Assembly: GCA_964016885.1 (NCBI GenBank) | Contig: OZ024740.1 | Coordinates: 152,086,001-152,150,000 of the forward strand | DNA length: 64,000 nt | Source: Eledone cirrhosa | Lineage: Eukaryota | Direction: 5' to 3' | Shown here: positions 38,560 through 53,660 of the stretch, one piece after another | How the letters are laid out: every line of letters starts with the position of its first letter | Numbering within the stretch: position 1 is the stretch's first letter | Notes under the pieces: model-generated | Told to the model about the DNA's origin: nothing | The model's database searches: none | The model's input: the letters and a program-made list of their open reading frames with translations, nothing else | Position numbers and translations under genes: made by a program

Positions 38560-40130
38560 GTACATAAGACGTATAGAAAAGGCATCATAATCCAAATGGC
38601 CAGAAAGGATCGGATAGCTTCTATTAGGAATTCAATTTGACTCCAGTTCGTCGGAATTTACTAAATCGTATCCAAAAAGCAAGATACTATGGTTTGCTGA
38701 TTGATTCTACCCCTGACCAGGCGCACCGAGAACAACTGTCAAAAGTTGTGCTATATGTTGATTTCAATATGAAAACGGTCGTTGTGAGGGAATCTTTTCT
38801 TGGATTCATTCAAGTAATCAAAATAGATGCCGCAAGCCTTGTTGAAACAATCGTAAAAGAGCTAGAAAAAGATGACCTACCACTGCAGAACTGTCGATCG
38901 CAGTGCTACGACAATGCTTCCATAATGGCTGGGCACCGCAGTGGGTTTCAGCAGAGAATGAGAGAAAAGAATAATTTGATTCACTTTGTTAATTGCGATA
39001 ACCATTCACTTAATCTGGCTGGTCTTCATGTAGTCAAAAAGGATTCTGCTAGGATGAACTTTTCTAGTTGTATTGACTCGCGATACAACTTTTTTTTCCT
39101 CGTTCAACACGACGATGGGAAGCCCTTAAAGAAGTTGCTCCAGTGGTTGTTAAATATCCTTCCGACACGCCGTGGAGTGCTAGATGTACCGCAGTCAGAC
39201 CGTGGCGAATTATTTGACGCTGATTGTTCAAGTTCTCGAAAAAATTAGTGATGATGAAACAGAGAAATGCGAGAGTAGAAGTGATGCCAGTAATCTCCAT
39301 AATCGGAACTGAGTTATGAATTCCTGAACTTGATTGGATTCTGGAATACGATTCTCTCACGAATTGACCGGGTTCAAAAGATACTTCAAGATCCAAGAAT
39401 GAATTTTCACGATGCTGCAGCTGATATAGGAGCCCTTCAACTTTATTTTAAAGAAGAGGAACATCCTTAATCCACGAGTCTCTTGAAATGGGCTTCGACC
39501 TCTGCCAGAAATGGAATGTCGATTTTCCGAGGAGGTGAGGAAGACGACAAACCAATACTGAAATTACTGAGTACGTCGAGGTGGCTGCCAGAAAAGAGAT
39601 AGAGAGAGCAATGCAAAGTTCACTCAATCGTCTTCAAACAGAAATGGAAGAACGGTTTATTCGACTTAAGGAAACCGACTCTTCATGATATCAACTATCT
39701 GTTTTATTTGGCTGCTCCTGATAACCTTGTCCTTAAACAAAGGTGCAACAGTCTTGCGGAAATATACAACTCCGACATCGACGGAAAGAAATTGTATGAG
39801 GAAATCTTGGACTGCCGATCTTTGCTGGATACTAGGACAGCTGACCCAATTTTAAAGCCGGAGGCACTTCTCCAATTCATCATACAATACGGCGATGAAT
39901 GTGTTTTTCCCAATTTGCGAATCAGCATTCAAATAATGTTGACGATTTCTATTTCAATTGCTAGTTACGAGAAGTCGTTCAGCAAGCTGAAGTTAATACA
40001 TTCGTATTTGCGAACCTCAATGGGCCAACAACGGCTAACTGACCTCGCCCTTTTGAGTGTAGAAATCGAAGAGTTTGAACGAACTGATTTCGAGGAAATT
40101 ATCAACCAGTTTTCCTCAATAAAAACGTAA
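38560..40130 (+). pseudogene. hAT transposase remnant (ZMYM1/DUF4371-like with C-terminal dimerisation domain)
   Basis: YYGLLIDSTPDQAHREQLS, RESFLGF, SQCYDNASIMAG, CDNHSLNL, FPNLRI..SYEKSFSKLKLIHSYLRTSMGQQRL. Frameshifted. Confidence 0.9.
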
Positions 40131-40521
40131 AATACTATCACAAATGTAATTTTAAAATTAATCGATTTTCCCCAATAGGGGGAGACATTTCATATGAGTA
40201 ACACATACCCCCGAAAAAAAATGTGCATCCCTCATCTCCAGGATTACGAAGAGTTTGTATCCCTATCCTCTCTTCCTCTTTTTCCTCAACCTACAGGCTG
40301 ATATAGAGAGAAGGCCCATTCACTCAGGCCATTCTCGCCACTTTCACCCACCTTTCATAAAACTTGCTGGGGTACAGCACCTCTCTCTCCATCCTGATTC
40401 TTCTTTCAAAGATAGATAGATAGATAGACACATACATACATACATACATACATACATACATACATACATACATACATACATACATACATACATACATACA
40501 TACATACATACATACATACAT

Positions 40522-40999
40522 GATGGCTGCAAACTCTGCTAAAAGTATTGCAATCGCTTGTCAGATTACAGAAAATGGTACACCTTTAGGGTACGGCCAG
40601 CCACACGAACCTGTGACATAACCTAAGCAAGCAATGACTGTGCTTTGAAGATTTTTTGAGTAGGGAAAGGCCTTGCATTCGACCAATCCCACCCTCTGAG
40701 CATCGAAAACACTACCCGAAAAGGAGAACTGGTCAACACCATCGGATGCGTCCGAAGCCACAGGGTTTTTGTGGTTTTTCTTTTTTTTTTAACAACTGGG
40801 GACCTTTCACTCCCGGGTGAGAGAAAAAAAAGTACTATTTAGATGGCTATTGAATCTGCTGAGTTCCTCATGCTTTTGCCGGGTCTTGTATTTCATCCCG
40901 CAAGCTTGGTCGGATTGCCGGTTTAGTCGCCGACGACCCGATTATGACACAGATTGTACTGGGTTACATGTTACCAGTAGCACTCGTGAGCGACCTGAC
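40522..40999 (-). mobile_element. Short non-autonomous retroposon, subfamily B, between (CATA)n arrays
   Basis: 5' ~100 nt are homologous to the family A 5' end. (ATGT)n tail. Confidence 0.6.
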
Positions 41000-41087
41000 A
41001 TAAACATACATACATACATACATACATACATACATACATACATACATACATACATACATACATACATACATACATACATACATACAT

Positions 41088-41682
41088 GGTGGCTGCCAAC
41101 TCGTTTTCGAGTACGGCCACTACTTTATATCCATGTAGGAGAACCCCTACCGATGCACTGAACGAGTGTGACTTTTTAGTCCAGCCAGCGACTTGAAAAC
41201 TCTGGTACAAACACTACACTTGCGACAATTATTGACACATAGTGCTGGGCCCATGGTACCATGTGACGACAAGTGCAGAGAGATCTCCAGATATAAAGCA
41301 ATGCCTGTGCCGTGAAGCTTTTATAGTGAGCAAAGGCACTGCACAAAGCCAGTCCCACTCTCTTAACCAAGATGATATTTACCAAAAAGAAGAACAAGTC
41401 AACATCATTGGATACCATCAGGGTTGCAGGTGTTATATCAGAGTTTTCCTTCTCCTAGAATTCTGCCAGGGGTCATCTCTCCCAGTGATTTTGGATGGCC
41501 ATTGACTCTTAAGAGCTCCTTTGCCCTTTGACAGGTTTTGTTTTTAGTCCTGCAGGATGTCCAAAGTCACCCTCCTCACCAAGAAGCCTTGGTGGGGTTG
41601 CCAGTTTAGTCGCCAACGACCCGACCATGAGACAAGTTGTACTGGGATACATGTTACCAGTAGCACCAACTGGTGACCTGAC
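41088..41682 (-). mobile_element. Bipartite non-autonomous RTE derivative, family A copy 1
   Basis: RTE-type 5' UTR motif TCTAGGAGAAGGAAAACTCTGA joined to a 3' end encoding [22 protein letters not shown] (C2H2 as at RTE ORF C-termini). (ATGT)n at both ends. Confidence 0.8.
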
Positions 41683-42031
41683 ATACATATACATACATAC
41701 ATACATACATACATACATACATACATACATACATACATACATACATACATACATACATACATACATACATACATACATACATACATACATAGGTAGAACA
41801 AAGTCATAATTTAGTGGATATATGTTTGATAACAATTAAGGAAAATGTGAAGGAATATTTTTGCAATGGATTTAAATGAATTTGAAATACACCATTTGCC
41901 GGAGTGACAAGAGGGAAGAGGTTAAGGAAAATGGAAGATCCTAGTATCTTTAAAATAGTGTTGTAATCAAGGAATTATTAGATTAAATATTTTTGATTTT
42001 AAATAGTCATTTTTGACGTGTACAAAGCTAG

Positions 42032-42154
<123 letters not shown>

Positions 42155-42493
42155 GTGTGTGTGTGTGTGTGTGGCGTGTGTGTGCGCGTGTGTGCATCTG
42201 TGTGTGTGTGTGTGTGTGTGTGTGTATACAGAGAAAGAGGGAGAGAGACACAGATAAAGGATAAAGGAAGAGAGAAGGAGAGAGGTGGTGTCTGCAGACT
42301 AAAGCGGAAAAGCCGTAGTCGTGACACAGGAAGTAAATTATAAATTCTCATAATTTACGCTAAACATAGATCAGATATAGAACAACATTAACTACATCAA
42401 TACCAAATGGAAGTTTTCAGTACATTGAGATACAAAAATCTAGCCATGTGCGTGAGTGCGTGTGAGTGCGTGTGTATGTTTGTTTAGTTCTGT

Positions 42494-42554
<61 letters not shown>

Positions 42555-42557
<3 letters not shown>

Positions 42558-43100
42558 TAATAAAATAATGAATAAAAACAAAGAAACAGTTCCTTATATT
42601 AAAAAATTCATCATTTTACGATCGTTTCTAGGATATATATGTTAGTGTTGGTATGTATATCATATAGATCTATGTAAAGTTTTTACAAACTATCAGAGGG
42701 AATATACATACCTACACATATATATGCTGTCTTCAGAAATAATATTATTTCTGAAGACATAAATAATATTATTTCTGAAGACAGCATATATATATGTGTA
42801 GGTATGTATATTCCCTCTGATAGTTTGTAAAATTTTTACATAGATCTATATGATATACATACCAACACTAACATATATATCCTAGAAACGATCGTAAAAT
42901 GATGAATTTTTTAATATAAGGAACTGTTTCTTTGTTTTTATTCATTATTTTTTAAATTTATCTTGACTCTGTTTTCCTGTATTTTTCATCGAAAAAAAAA
43001 AAAAAAAATTTTTGAATACATCTCTTTTCATGATATTCGGATTACATTGAGTTCTTCATATGGATTGGACACTACCGTATATTTTGGTAGATTTATCTAC
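42555..43100. mobile_element. ~400-bp palindrome (about 200-bp arms) plus unpaired tail, in (TA)n
   Basis: 42555-42750 is the reverse complement of 42765-42955 with a few substitutions. Same family as 6560-7120. Confidence 0.85.
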
Positions 43101-44205
<1,105 letters not shown>

Positions 44206-44372
44206 AAAATGTTTTACCCCGACGGCAGAGCTCAAGCTGTTTCGTGGACTGAAATAGTCCAGAAATAGCCGTCGAAACGGCTTGAGCTCTGCCGACGGGT
44301 TAAACATTTTCCTATTACCCACTCTACTATCCTAAGTATTGAGTACTCTGGTTCCTTACCACACCCCCTTCG

Positions 44373-44413
<41 letters not shown>

Positions 44414-44664
44414 GGAGAGAGAGGAGAAGAAAGAGAGAGAGAAAGAAAGAAAGATAACAAGAAAGAGATTTACGCCTACATCTCTCTCTGTATATGTGTG
44501 TATGTGTGTGTGTGTTTGTATGTGGGCGTATGTGTGTGTATGTGTTTATGTGTGTGTATTTATATATACATATTGATTTATACATATTGTATTATATATA
44601 CATATTGTATATATACATATTGTTTTATACATATTGTATATATACATATTGTATTTATATATAC

Positions 44665-45150
44665 AGCTTGAGATCGGTGTTGAAGTCGGACCTTCGTAAA
44701 GACATGAAAATCCGCCTCTTCATTGCTGTAGTGGAGTCTGTGCTGCTGTACGGGTCTGAGACTTGGACACTGACCAAGAAACTCACTCAGATGGTGGGTG
44801 GGTGCTACACAAGAATGCTGAGGATGGCTCTGAACATTAATCAGTATACACTGAGGATGAAAAACTCAGAGCTGTATGGGAGCCTCCCAAAAGTCAGCTC
44901 AAAAGTGACACAGAGAAGACTGAGGTTGGCTGGACATGCTCACCGACATCCAGAGTTGACATTGCACTCAGTGCTCCTGTGGGAGCCCCTACATGGACAC
45001 ACTGGAAGAAGAAGACCAAGGTTGACGTATGTTGATGCCCTAAGGACGGACACTGGTCTGTTGGAGACGCATGACATGACAGCGATAATGAGGGACAGAG
45101 AACGCTGGAGAGAACTCGTCCATGGATCTCGGGAATTTTACCCGCCCTAG
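44665..45150 (+). pseudogene. RTE-clade LINE ORF C-terminal fragment
   Basis: KIRLFIAVVESVLLYGSETWTLTK...RRLRLAGHAHRH...LLWEP..GRRRPRLTYVD. Confidence 0.85.
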
Positions 45151-45667
45151 AAAAAATTGTTTGAATTAAGAAACCTTTGGGAAATTATAACTTTAAAAGT
45201 GTCATAATAATGAGGAGACTGCAAACACCGACCATACCTGTGATCAAGGGGGGAATTTGGAAACGTTAATAACCGACTCAACATATATCTAGAGAAGCTG
45301 ATTTTCACAAAACCAGGAAGAACATGGCTACTTAGGTAGGTGTAACTGGAGTTCATAATGGAAATGTAAAATTATGTAAAACAATCCAGAAATTTAGCAG
45401 GTAATAACATGTAGATATAGAAACTCAAAATACACAAATCTACACATACAATAACATTCATACCTACACACACACACACACATTCACGCACACACACACA
45501 TATACAGATACAAACAAACAAACACATAGTCATACATATATAATTACCAAGTGGATGCTGTCTAAATTCCAATGAAAGTTTTGTTTTGTCTGAAAAACCA
45601 GCTCTATTTTTATTAGAGAGAAATTAATTAAAGTATAAAAACAGAACATACGTCTGTACATACATAC

Positions 45668-45965
45668 ATGATGATGATGGCTGTCCCCTCGTTATCGAGT
45701 ATGGCCATTGCATGATATACCATTAATAATGGTGAGGAGGGTGATTTTGGACACCCTGCAGGACAAAAAACAAAACCTGGCAAAGGGCGGAAGAACTCAT
45801 AAGAGTCAACGGCCATCCAAAAGTGTGTACATATGTATATACACATCTACCGCGTGGTTAAACCACTGGGAGTGAAGGACCCCTAGCCTTTGTAAGGGTA
45901 TTCTTCTAGGAGAAGGCAACTCAGGAAACTGGGATAACTCCGATATAAAACCTGCGGCTCAGTAG
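45668..45965. mobile_element. Relative of family A with an internal inversion
   Basis: 3' tip in minus orientation (GGCTGTCCCCTCGTTATCGAGTATGGCC) joined to 5'-UTR sequence in plus orientation (GGTGAGGAGGGTGA...TCTAGGAGAAGG). Confidence 0.6.
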
Positions 45966-45996
<31 letters not shown>

Positions 45997-46131
45997 CATA
46001 CATACATACATACATACATACATACAGGAAGGTGGCCGGTCAAAAAAATATACTCGAAATTAAGAGAAACAGAAAACATACATACATACATACATACATA
46101 CATACATACATACATACATACATACATACAC

Positions 46132-46738
46132 GGTGGCTGCCAACTCGTTTTCGAGTACGGCCACTACTTTATATCCATGTAGGAGAACCCCTACCGCTGC
46201 ACTGAACGAGTGTGACTTTTTAGTCTAGCCAGCGACTTGAAAAATCTGGTACAAACACTACACTTGTGACAATTATTGACACATAGTGCTGGGCCATGGT
46301 ACCATGTGATGACAAGTGCAGAGAGATCTCCAGATATAAAGCAATACCTGTGCCGTGAGGCTTTTATAGTGAGCAAAGGCACTGCACAAAGCCAGTCCCA
46401 CTCTCTTAACCAAGATGATATTTACCAAAAAGAAGAACAAGTCAACATCATTGGATACCATCAGGGTTGCAGGTGTTATATCAGAGTTTTCCTTCTCCTA
46501 GAATTCTGCCTTGACAAAGGCTAAGGAGTCATCTCTCCCGATGATTTTGGATGGCCATTGACTCTTAAGAGCTCCTTTACCCTTTGACAGGTTTTGTTTT
46601 TAGTCCTGCAGGATGTCCAAAGTCACCCTCCTCACCAAGAAACCTTGGTGGGGTTGCCAGTTTAGTCGCCAACAACCCGACCATGAGACAGGTTGTACTG
46701 GGATACATGTTACCAGTAGCCCCAACTGGTGACCTGAC
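46132..46738 (-). mobile_element. Bipartite RTE derivative, family A copy 2
   Basis: High identity to 41088-41682. Confidence 0.85.
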
Positions 46739-46864
46739 ATAAATATCTATATATACATATATACATACACAGATATACACATATATATATACATATACAT
46801 ACATATATACATATACATATATACATACATACACACATACATATATATACCCATATATACACAT

Positions 46865-46932
<68 letters not shown>

Positions 46933-46934
<2 letters not shown>

Positions 46935-47537
46935 TGGCTGCCAACTCGTTTTCGAGTACGGCCACTACTTTATATCCATGTAGGAGAACCCCTACCGATG
47001 CGCTGAACGAATGTGACTTTTTAGTCCAGCCAGCGACTTGAAAACTCTGGTACAAACACTACACATGTGACAATTATTGACACATAGCGCTGGGCCATGG
47101 TACCATGTGATGACAAGTGCAGAGAGATCTCCAGATATAAAGCAATACCTGTGCCGTGAAGTTTTTATAGTGAGCAAAAGAACTGCACAAAGCCAGTCCC
47201 ACTCTCTTAACCAAGATGATATTTACCAAAAAGAAGAACAAGTCAACATCATTGGATACCATCAGCGTTGCAGGTGTTATATCAGAGTTTTCCTCCTAGA
47301 ATTCTGCCTTGACAAAGGCTAAGGGGTCATCTCTCCCGATGATTTTGGATGGCCATTGACTCTTAAGAGCTCCTTTGCCCTTTTGACAGGTTTTGTTTTT
47401 AGTCCTGCAGGATGTCCAAAGTCACCTTCCTCACCAAGAAACCTTGGTGGGGTTGCTAGTTTAGTCGCCAACGACCCGACCATGGGACAGGTTTTACTGG
47501 GATACATGTTACCAGTAGCACCAACTGGTGACCTGAC
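46933..47537 (-). mobile_element. Bipartite RTE derivative, family A copy 3
   Basis: High identity to copies 1 and 2. Confidence 0.85.
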
Positions 47538-48299
47538 TGACATACATACATACATACATACATACATACATACATACATACATACATACATACATACATA
47601 CATACATACATACATACATACATACATACATACCCTACGGGTTATACACCAACCCGCTTGGACCAAAGTATGATTGAACTTGGATTTGCGGACAAAGAGC
47701 GCAGCTCCCTAATTCATAGTCTACAAATGGCTGCGATAGCTGGCACCTTCAAAATTTGCAAAACATTCTTGCGATTCAAGGGATAACAATTTCTTTTCTT
47801 TTACAACCTTTCCACCAGGAAGGTGGCCGGTCAAATAAATATACTCGAAATTAAGAGAAAGAGATAAAATACATGCATACATACATACATACATACATAC
47901 ATACATACATACATACATACATACATACATACATACATACATACATACATACATACATACATACATAGCACACAAGTCTCGGCATTGACCAGACACGGTA
48001 GAAGGTCGTTTTCTTGTGTCAAAGACGGTACTACACGCTATCTACTTCACACTCGGTCGCATATTCTGATAACAATAGCTTGCTTTACCAATGGCCTCCA
48101 GCCACTACTGGCTGCTGCTGCTGGTCAGCTGCTATGCTAACCTGTCGGTGTCAATCTCTATTTCTCTAATTTCCTTGAGAATTACGTTAAGGATAAACGT
48201 GTCTATGAAATGCCCAGTCACTTGTAACAAAACAAAAAAAAAACTAGTAGTATACTGAAGGGTAACATAATCTGCAACAAAACCTTAAGGGTCAATCCA

Positions 48300-49110
48300 T
48301 CTCGTGGTCTCAGCCTTCACTTCCCCCGAAGACAGAGAGGAATACGCACTGGAGCAGCCACTCCACCTCGATGAACTTGCACTTGCGCGTAACCAGCTCC
48401 GTCCCGTGAGCAGGAATGTGTGGTCAGGAGGCAAAGAACGCCGGAAGTTTCAACTGTCACAGGCTCAACCGTAAACTTATCAGAGAGCGAACGATACTAA
48501 GACAGTTTGCCCTCTTCGGCCTGGCTGGCAACGACGCCTGGGCTGGTAGCCGAACGTAACAGGTAGCCGCTAGAGAAGGTGTCACATGTGGAATTTGAAA
48601 TGAGGGGCTTACCCCCGCGGAACGGGAAGATTGTAATGCTGTTAAGCCTTTTACCGTCTCCTCGGCCCAGCCCCGCTGGTTCGATCTGGGCAAACCTGCG
48701 CCATCCAGGCCATATTTTATAATCTTGTTGAGAGCAACATCGCGTGGAAGGCGGCCACACTATAATGGCATGACAGTTAATGGAGACCGAAATAATCCAC
48801 AGTTGATCCTTTCTACTCAGGATTTGGGAGGTTCACAGATCCGGTGGCCAAACCTCAAGGAAACATCGATGTGCAAGTTGGTTCTGTCCAGCCTGTCTGA
48901 GGTTATGTTACACTGGATAGCATCCCATCAGTTTTGTATAGACTGGATGTCTACAGAAGGGAAAGGGGAGTGAATGTCAGCAAGGCGGACGCCGAGCTGG
49001 TTCCATGTCGCATAGGATTTTCTCGCGTTCCCTGTTTGTTCCCTGATCACAGTAGAAAGAAAATCTAGCAGTTGATCAAACAACTGGGACACTCATGATC
49101 GGAACCGACG
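48300..49110 (-). pseudogene. CRE-like non-LTR element, RLE endonuclease C-terminus, decayed
   Basis: EPAGLGRGDGKRLNSITIFPFRGGKPLI..TCDTF...AEEGK...EPVTVETSG. Confidence 0.75.
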
Positions 49111-49307
49111 ATGGTCCATTTTCTTTATTAACGATAAATATTTTCCTAAAAAAGAATAGTAAATAGTTTGCCCATCTCATTTCGCACTCACTGTGATTAG
49201 TAATAATGCCAATCCCTGTGTTATCACATACGATGGAAATTTCCTGTGATCTCCATCACAAGATATATGATGAAGACGTCAATCATATAACTGTTCAGAG
49301 AGGAAAC

Positions 49308-49545
49308 TGTAGCTTAGTAGTTAAGGTGTTCAGCTGATAATCGTAAGGCCATATATTCGATTACAGGCGTTGCGTTGTGTCCTTGAGGAATGCAATTTAT
49401 TTTACGTTTCGCCAGTCCATCCAGCTGGCAAAAATGAGTTGTACATGTAATTCAAAGTGGTAAGCTATCACACACACACTATCAAGATGAATCTTCCTGA
49501 GAATTACGTTAAAAGTACATGTGTCTGTGTAATTCTCAGTCACTG
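49308..49545 (+). mobile_element. Second tRNA-derived SINE family (fragments also at about 30830-30945, 48150-48225 and 59350-59440)
   Basis: GTAGCTTAGTAGTTAAG A-box head, GTTGTGTCCTTGAG..CCAGTCCATCCAGCTG core, CCTGAGAATTACGTTAA body. Confidence 0.6.
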
Positions 49546-49754
49546 GAAAGTTAATTTCACTTGTATGCTGTTTTGTTGTTCGTAAAACTGAAAGGTTGGA
49601 GGAAGAGTGGAGGTCCAATAACCTCTGTATTACAGAGAGAAACATGATTTTACAGCTATGCCATTCGTTGAAACAAGGCTTCTTCTTCCATCGTTTCTAA
49701 TATATTTTCATACAAATTGTTTTTCATATAGGCATTTATTGAAAAACTCATAGT

Positions 49755-49800
<46 letters not shown>

Positions 49801-50015
49801 CACACACACATAACTATGAGTTTTGCAATAAATGCCTATATGAAAAACAATTTGTATATATTTGTATATATATATGTAAGTATGTATGTATGTATACGTA
49901 CATATATATATATGTATACATATATATATGTACATATACATACATACATATTTACATTTAAGTAAGTGCCGTACTAAGAGTGAGAAATGAAATTTCGTTT
50001 CATTCTATTTCATTT

Positions 50016-50056
<41 letters not shown>

Positions 50057-50243
50057 CATATATATATTCGTGTTATATACATTTGAAACACTCCAGTCAA
50101 CGAATAATGATATAATTAGGTTCAAGCACTCAACGTCAATCGTATCCTTCCAAATCTACTGTAAAAGTCCATGACAGATTGTGCGTACATTTATGGTAAA
50201 AATGTGAAGGCTAGATATTCATAACTCATTTTATTACTTAAAT

Positions 50244-50310
50244 CACTGTAATACGTATTTCGGTGACGTTATTAATTTTGCAATCACTGACACGACTTCC
50301 TCAGACAGCG
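50244..50310 (-). ncRNA. Hammerhead motif with irregular helix II
   Basis: CGCUGU-CUGAGGA-(36 nt)-GAAA-UACGUA-UU-ACAGUG. 6-bp helix I and palindromic helix III. Confidence 0.65.
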
Positions 50311-50537
50311 TCGTTGGCATTTGTTGTGGTATATGTTTCTAATGTAAAATAAGCTATTGATAAGAGGTGGACTTGTATTCGATGTAGCTCTTCCAAGAGG
50401 AAAGACTAGCGTCCTAATCATTAAGCCTATTTTCCTACTATAGCAAGCTTTAAATTAATATAGATCTTCATAGTACTGCGCTGTTGCTTTGTTGTTTTCC
50501 GTTTATTTTTCACATACATACGCATGCACATACGCAT

Positions 50538-50644
<107 letters not shown>

Positions 50645-50645
50645 T

Positions 50646-50728
<83 letters not shown>

Positions 50729-51000
50729 CTAGATAGATAGATAGTTAGATAGATATCAGTAAGCAATGTTGCAACTGAAAAATGAAAGACAATACAAGAC
50801 ATATTTCTGAGTTTCCGATCGAATGTGTAATGTGGAAGATGATCAAAGGAGAGAAGAATTAGTGTTGGCAGTAAAAACTGACAAAGAATTTAACTACTTC
50901 GCCCATTCTTTGCTATTGTCTTCTTCTCAGAACCAACAACTATCTCCCCTTACTCTGTCTTTGTAACATAACCCCCCTCTCTCTTTCTCTCAGTCTCTGC

Positions 51001-51032
<32 letters not shown>

Positions 51033-51514
51033 GCCTCTCTCCGTCTTTTCCTTCTCTCACTTACTCTTCGTTTCTACCACACTCAGTATTCTCTCACTCT
51101 CACTCTCAAACTCCATTTCTCGCTTTATCAATCACGCTTTGACCCTCTCTAACACTCCGTTTCTATACCACTCACTAGTCGTCCCTACCTCCTACTTATT
51201 GTGTCTGATTCAATTATATAGGTGCCCGCATTACAATCCCCGACAGTTACCTCACCTAGCTCAGACCTCTACTAAAGATCTATCAATTGTTAAATGAATT
51301 TGTTACTCTCATCGTCGTCGTCGTCGTCGTTATCGATGTTCATATTGCTGTACTTTTTGTTTTATCATTTTATATCTTTATACTGTTGATATATTTTCCA
51401 GCTATATAGTTTCCTATTGTTATTCTCCACGCATATTGGTCATACACGCACAGACGCGCGTACGTGTGTGCATATGTGTGTTTATGTATGCATGTATTTC
51501 CCCACCTCTCTCTC

Positions 51515-51577
<63 letters not shown>

Positions 51578-51587
51578 GTATATTTAC

Positions 51588-51633
<46 letters not shown>

Positions 51634-51652
51634 TTATCTATATATATATACA

Positions 51653-51762
<110 letters not shown>

Positions 51763-51769
51763 TATACAT

Positions 51770-51800
<31 letters not shown>

Positions 51801-52212
51801 CAAACACACACACACACATATATATATATATGTGTGTGTGTTATGTGTGTGTGTATGCGTGTTTGTGTGTATGAGTACATGAGCGTGAGCGTATGTATGT
51901 GTTTCTAAACTATATATATTTCATTACAACTCTTCGACCCTTCCTTACGATTTTTCTGTTTTTAATTGGTCTTTCATTCCAACCACTTCCAAGATATTTC
52001 ACGGTGTTGGTCAAAGAAATTTAAATGAGTTGTTGAAAAAGATTCCAACAATTGAATTGAAGGTGTGGGAGTATAAGGCTGATTGTGCATGTGTGGATGT
52101 GTGTGCGTATGTATATACGTATGTATGTTAGTATGTATTCTCGAATGTATGAATGTATTTATGCATGTACTCTCTCTCTCTCTCTTTGTGTATATATACA
52201 TACATACACACA

Positions 52213-52310
<98 letters not shown>

Positions 52311-52473
52311 TACACACACACACACATAAATATGTGGTTAAACGCATACGTTACACTTCATACGATTTTAAACAGTAATCTTTAAAACAAACCTAATTAT
52401 GTTTGCCTACACAATACACACATACATATATATATAATATAATATAATATAATATAATATAGTATAAATATAA

Positions 52474-52571
<98 letters not shown>

Positions 52572-52629
52572 CACATATATATATATATAAATCAATGAAA
52601 CAAAAAACGAACAAACAAGAGGATGCAAT

Positions 52630-52930
52630 AATATGAAGTGTATTAGTTAGTTTCACGCTTGGAGGAAGAAGAATGAATTATATAGTCAACGTATCGGGTA
52701 TTTGCCCTTCATCAAGAAAAAACGCAAAGAAAACAAAAAATAAAATAGAAAAAATTGTTGAAATAAAATTAGAAAGGAAATTTAAAAAAAAAAGGAGAGG
52801 GAGGAGAAGGGCAGCAGTGGTAGGTGGGGGAGTTGACCGGCGTGCCTGCGAGGGGGGGGGGTGCAGACGAAGTGGGTGGTTGTGTGTAGGTGAGGTGCAT
52901 ATTGTGATGTGTGTATGCGTATGTAGATGT
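52630..52930 (-). mobile_element. Decayed 3' end of the Neptune-like family of 17771-19333
   Basis: TTAGTTTCACGCT shared with about 17822. Decayed hammerhead UUGAUGA-A-GGG..CCC-GAUAC. Confidence 0.55.
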
Positions 52931-53086
52931 TAAGTGTGATGTTGGTGGAAGTGATTTTAATCTATCTTATAAATTTTATCTTACACAAAAACCCACACTG
53001 TACCGTCCTGTGCCGACTTTGTTTTCTTAATGTGAGACCTGTGTGGCTAATAAAGAAATCATTGTTATTATCATTGGCTGTGGTAA

Positions 53087-53660
53087 GGGCGGTGGATTGG
53101 CAGTATCGGTAGAGCATCGGAGGCTATGCTTTGCGGCATAGAGTTATGGCCGTTTACGTTCTGAGTTCAAATCCCGCCTTCAAATCCCGAGTTCAAAACC
53201 TTATGGGGTATATAAAATAAAGCACCTGTAACGCACTAGAGTCGATTTAATTGAATTGCCCCTTTCCCCAAATTACTGGTCTTGTGCCTATAGTAGAAAC
53301 CATTATCATTGGCTGTAGTAGGGCGGTGGTTTGGCAGTATCGGTAGAGCGTCGGACGCAATGCCTTGCGACATAGAGTCCTGACCCTTTACGTTCTGAGT
53401 TCAAATCCCGCCGAGGTTAGCTTTGCTTTTCATCCTTACGGAGTCGATAAAATAAAGCACTAGCAATACACTGGGGCAATTGCTGGCCTTATGCCAAGGA
53501 TTGGCAGTATCGGTAGAGGGTCGGATGCCACGCTTTGAAGCATAGTGTTACCTCCCTTTATGATCTGAGTTCAAATCCCACCGAGGTTAACTTTGCCTTT
53601 AATCCTTACGTGGTCGATAAAATAAAGCAACAGTAATGCACTGGAGTCGATATAAACTAC
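53087..53660 (+). mobile_element. Three head-to-tail tRNA-derived SINE copies
   Basis: Repeated TTGGCAGTATCGGTAGAG heads and GAGTTCAAATCCC B-boxes. Confidence 0.85.

Noticed and set aside
41590-41682. Assignment of the RTE 5' structure as an HDV-like or twister ribozyme
   Set aside because: Could not build P1/P3/P1.1 or the twister pseudoknots by hand. Kept only as an unclassified structured RNA.
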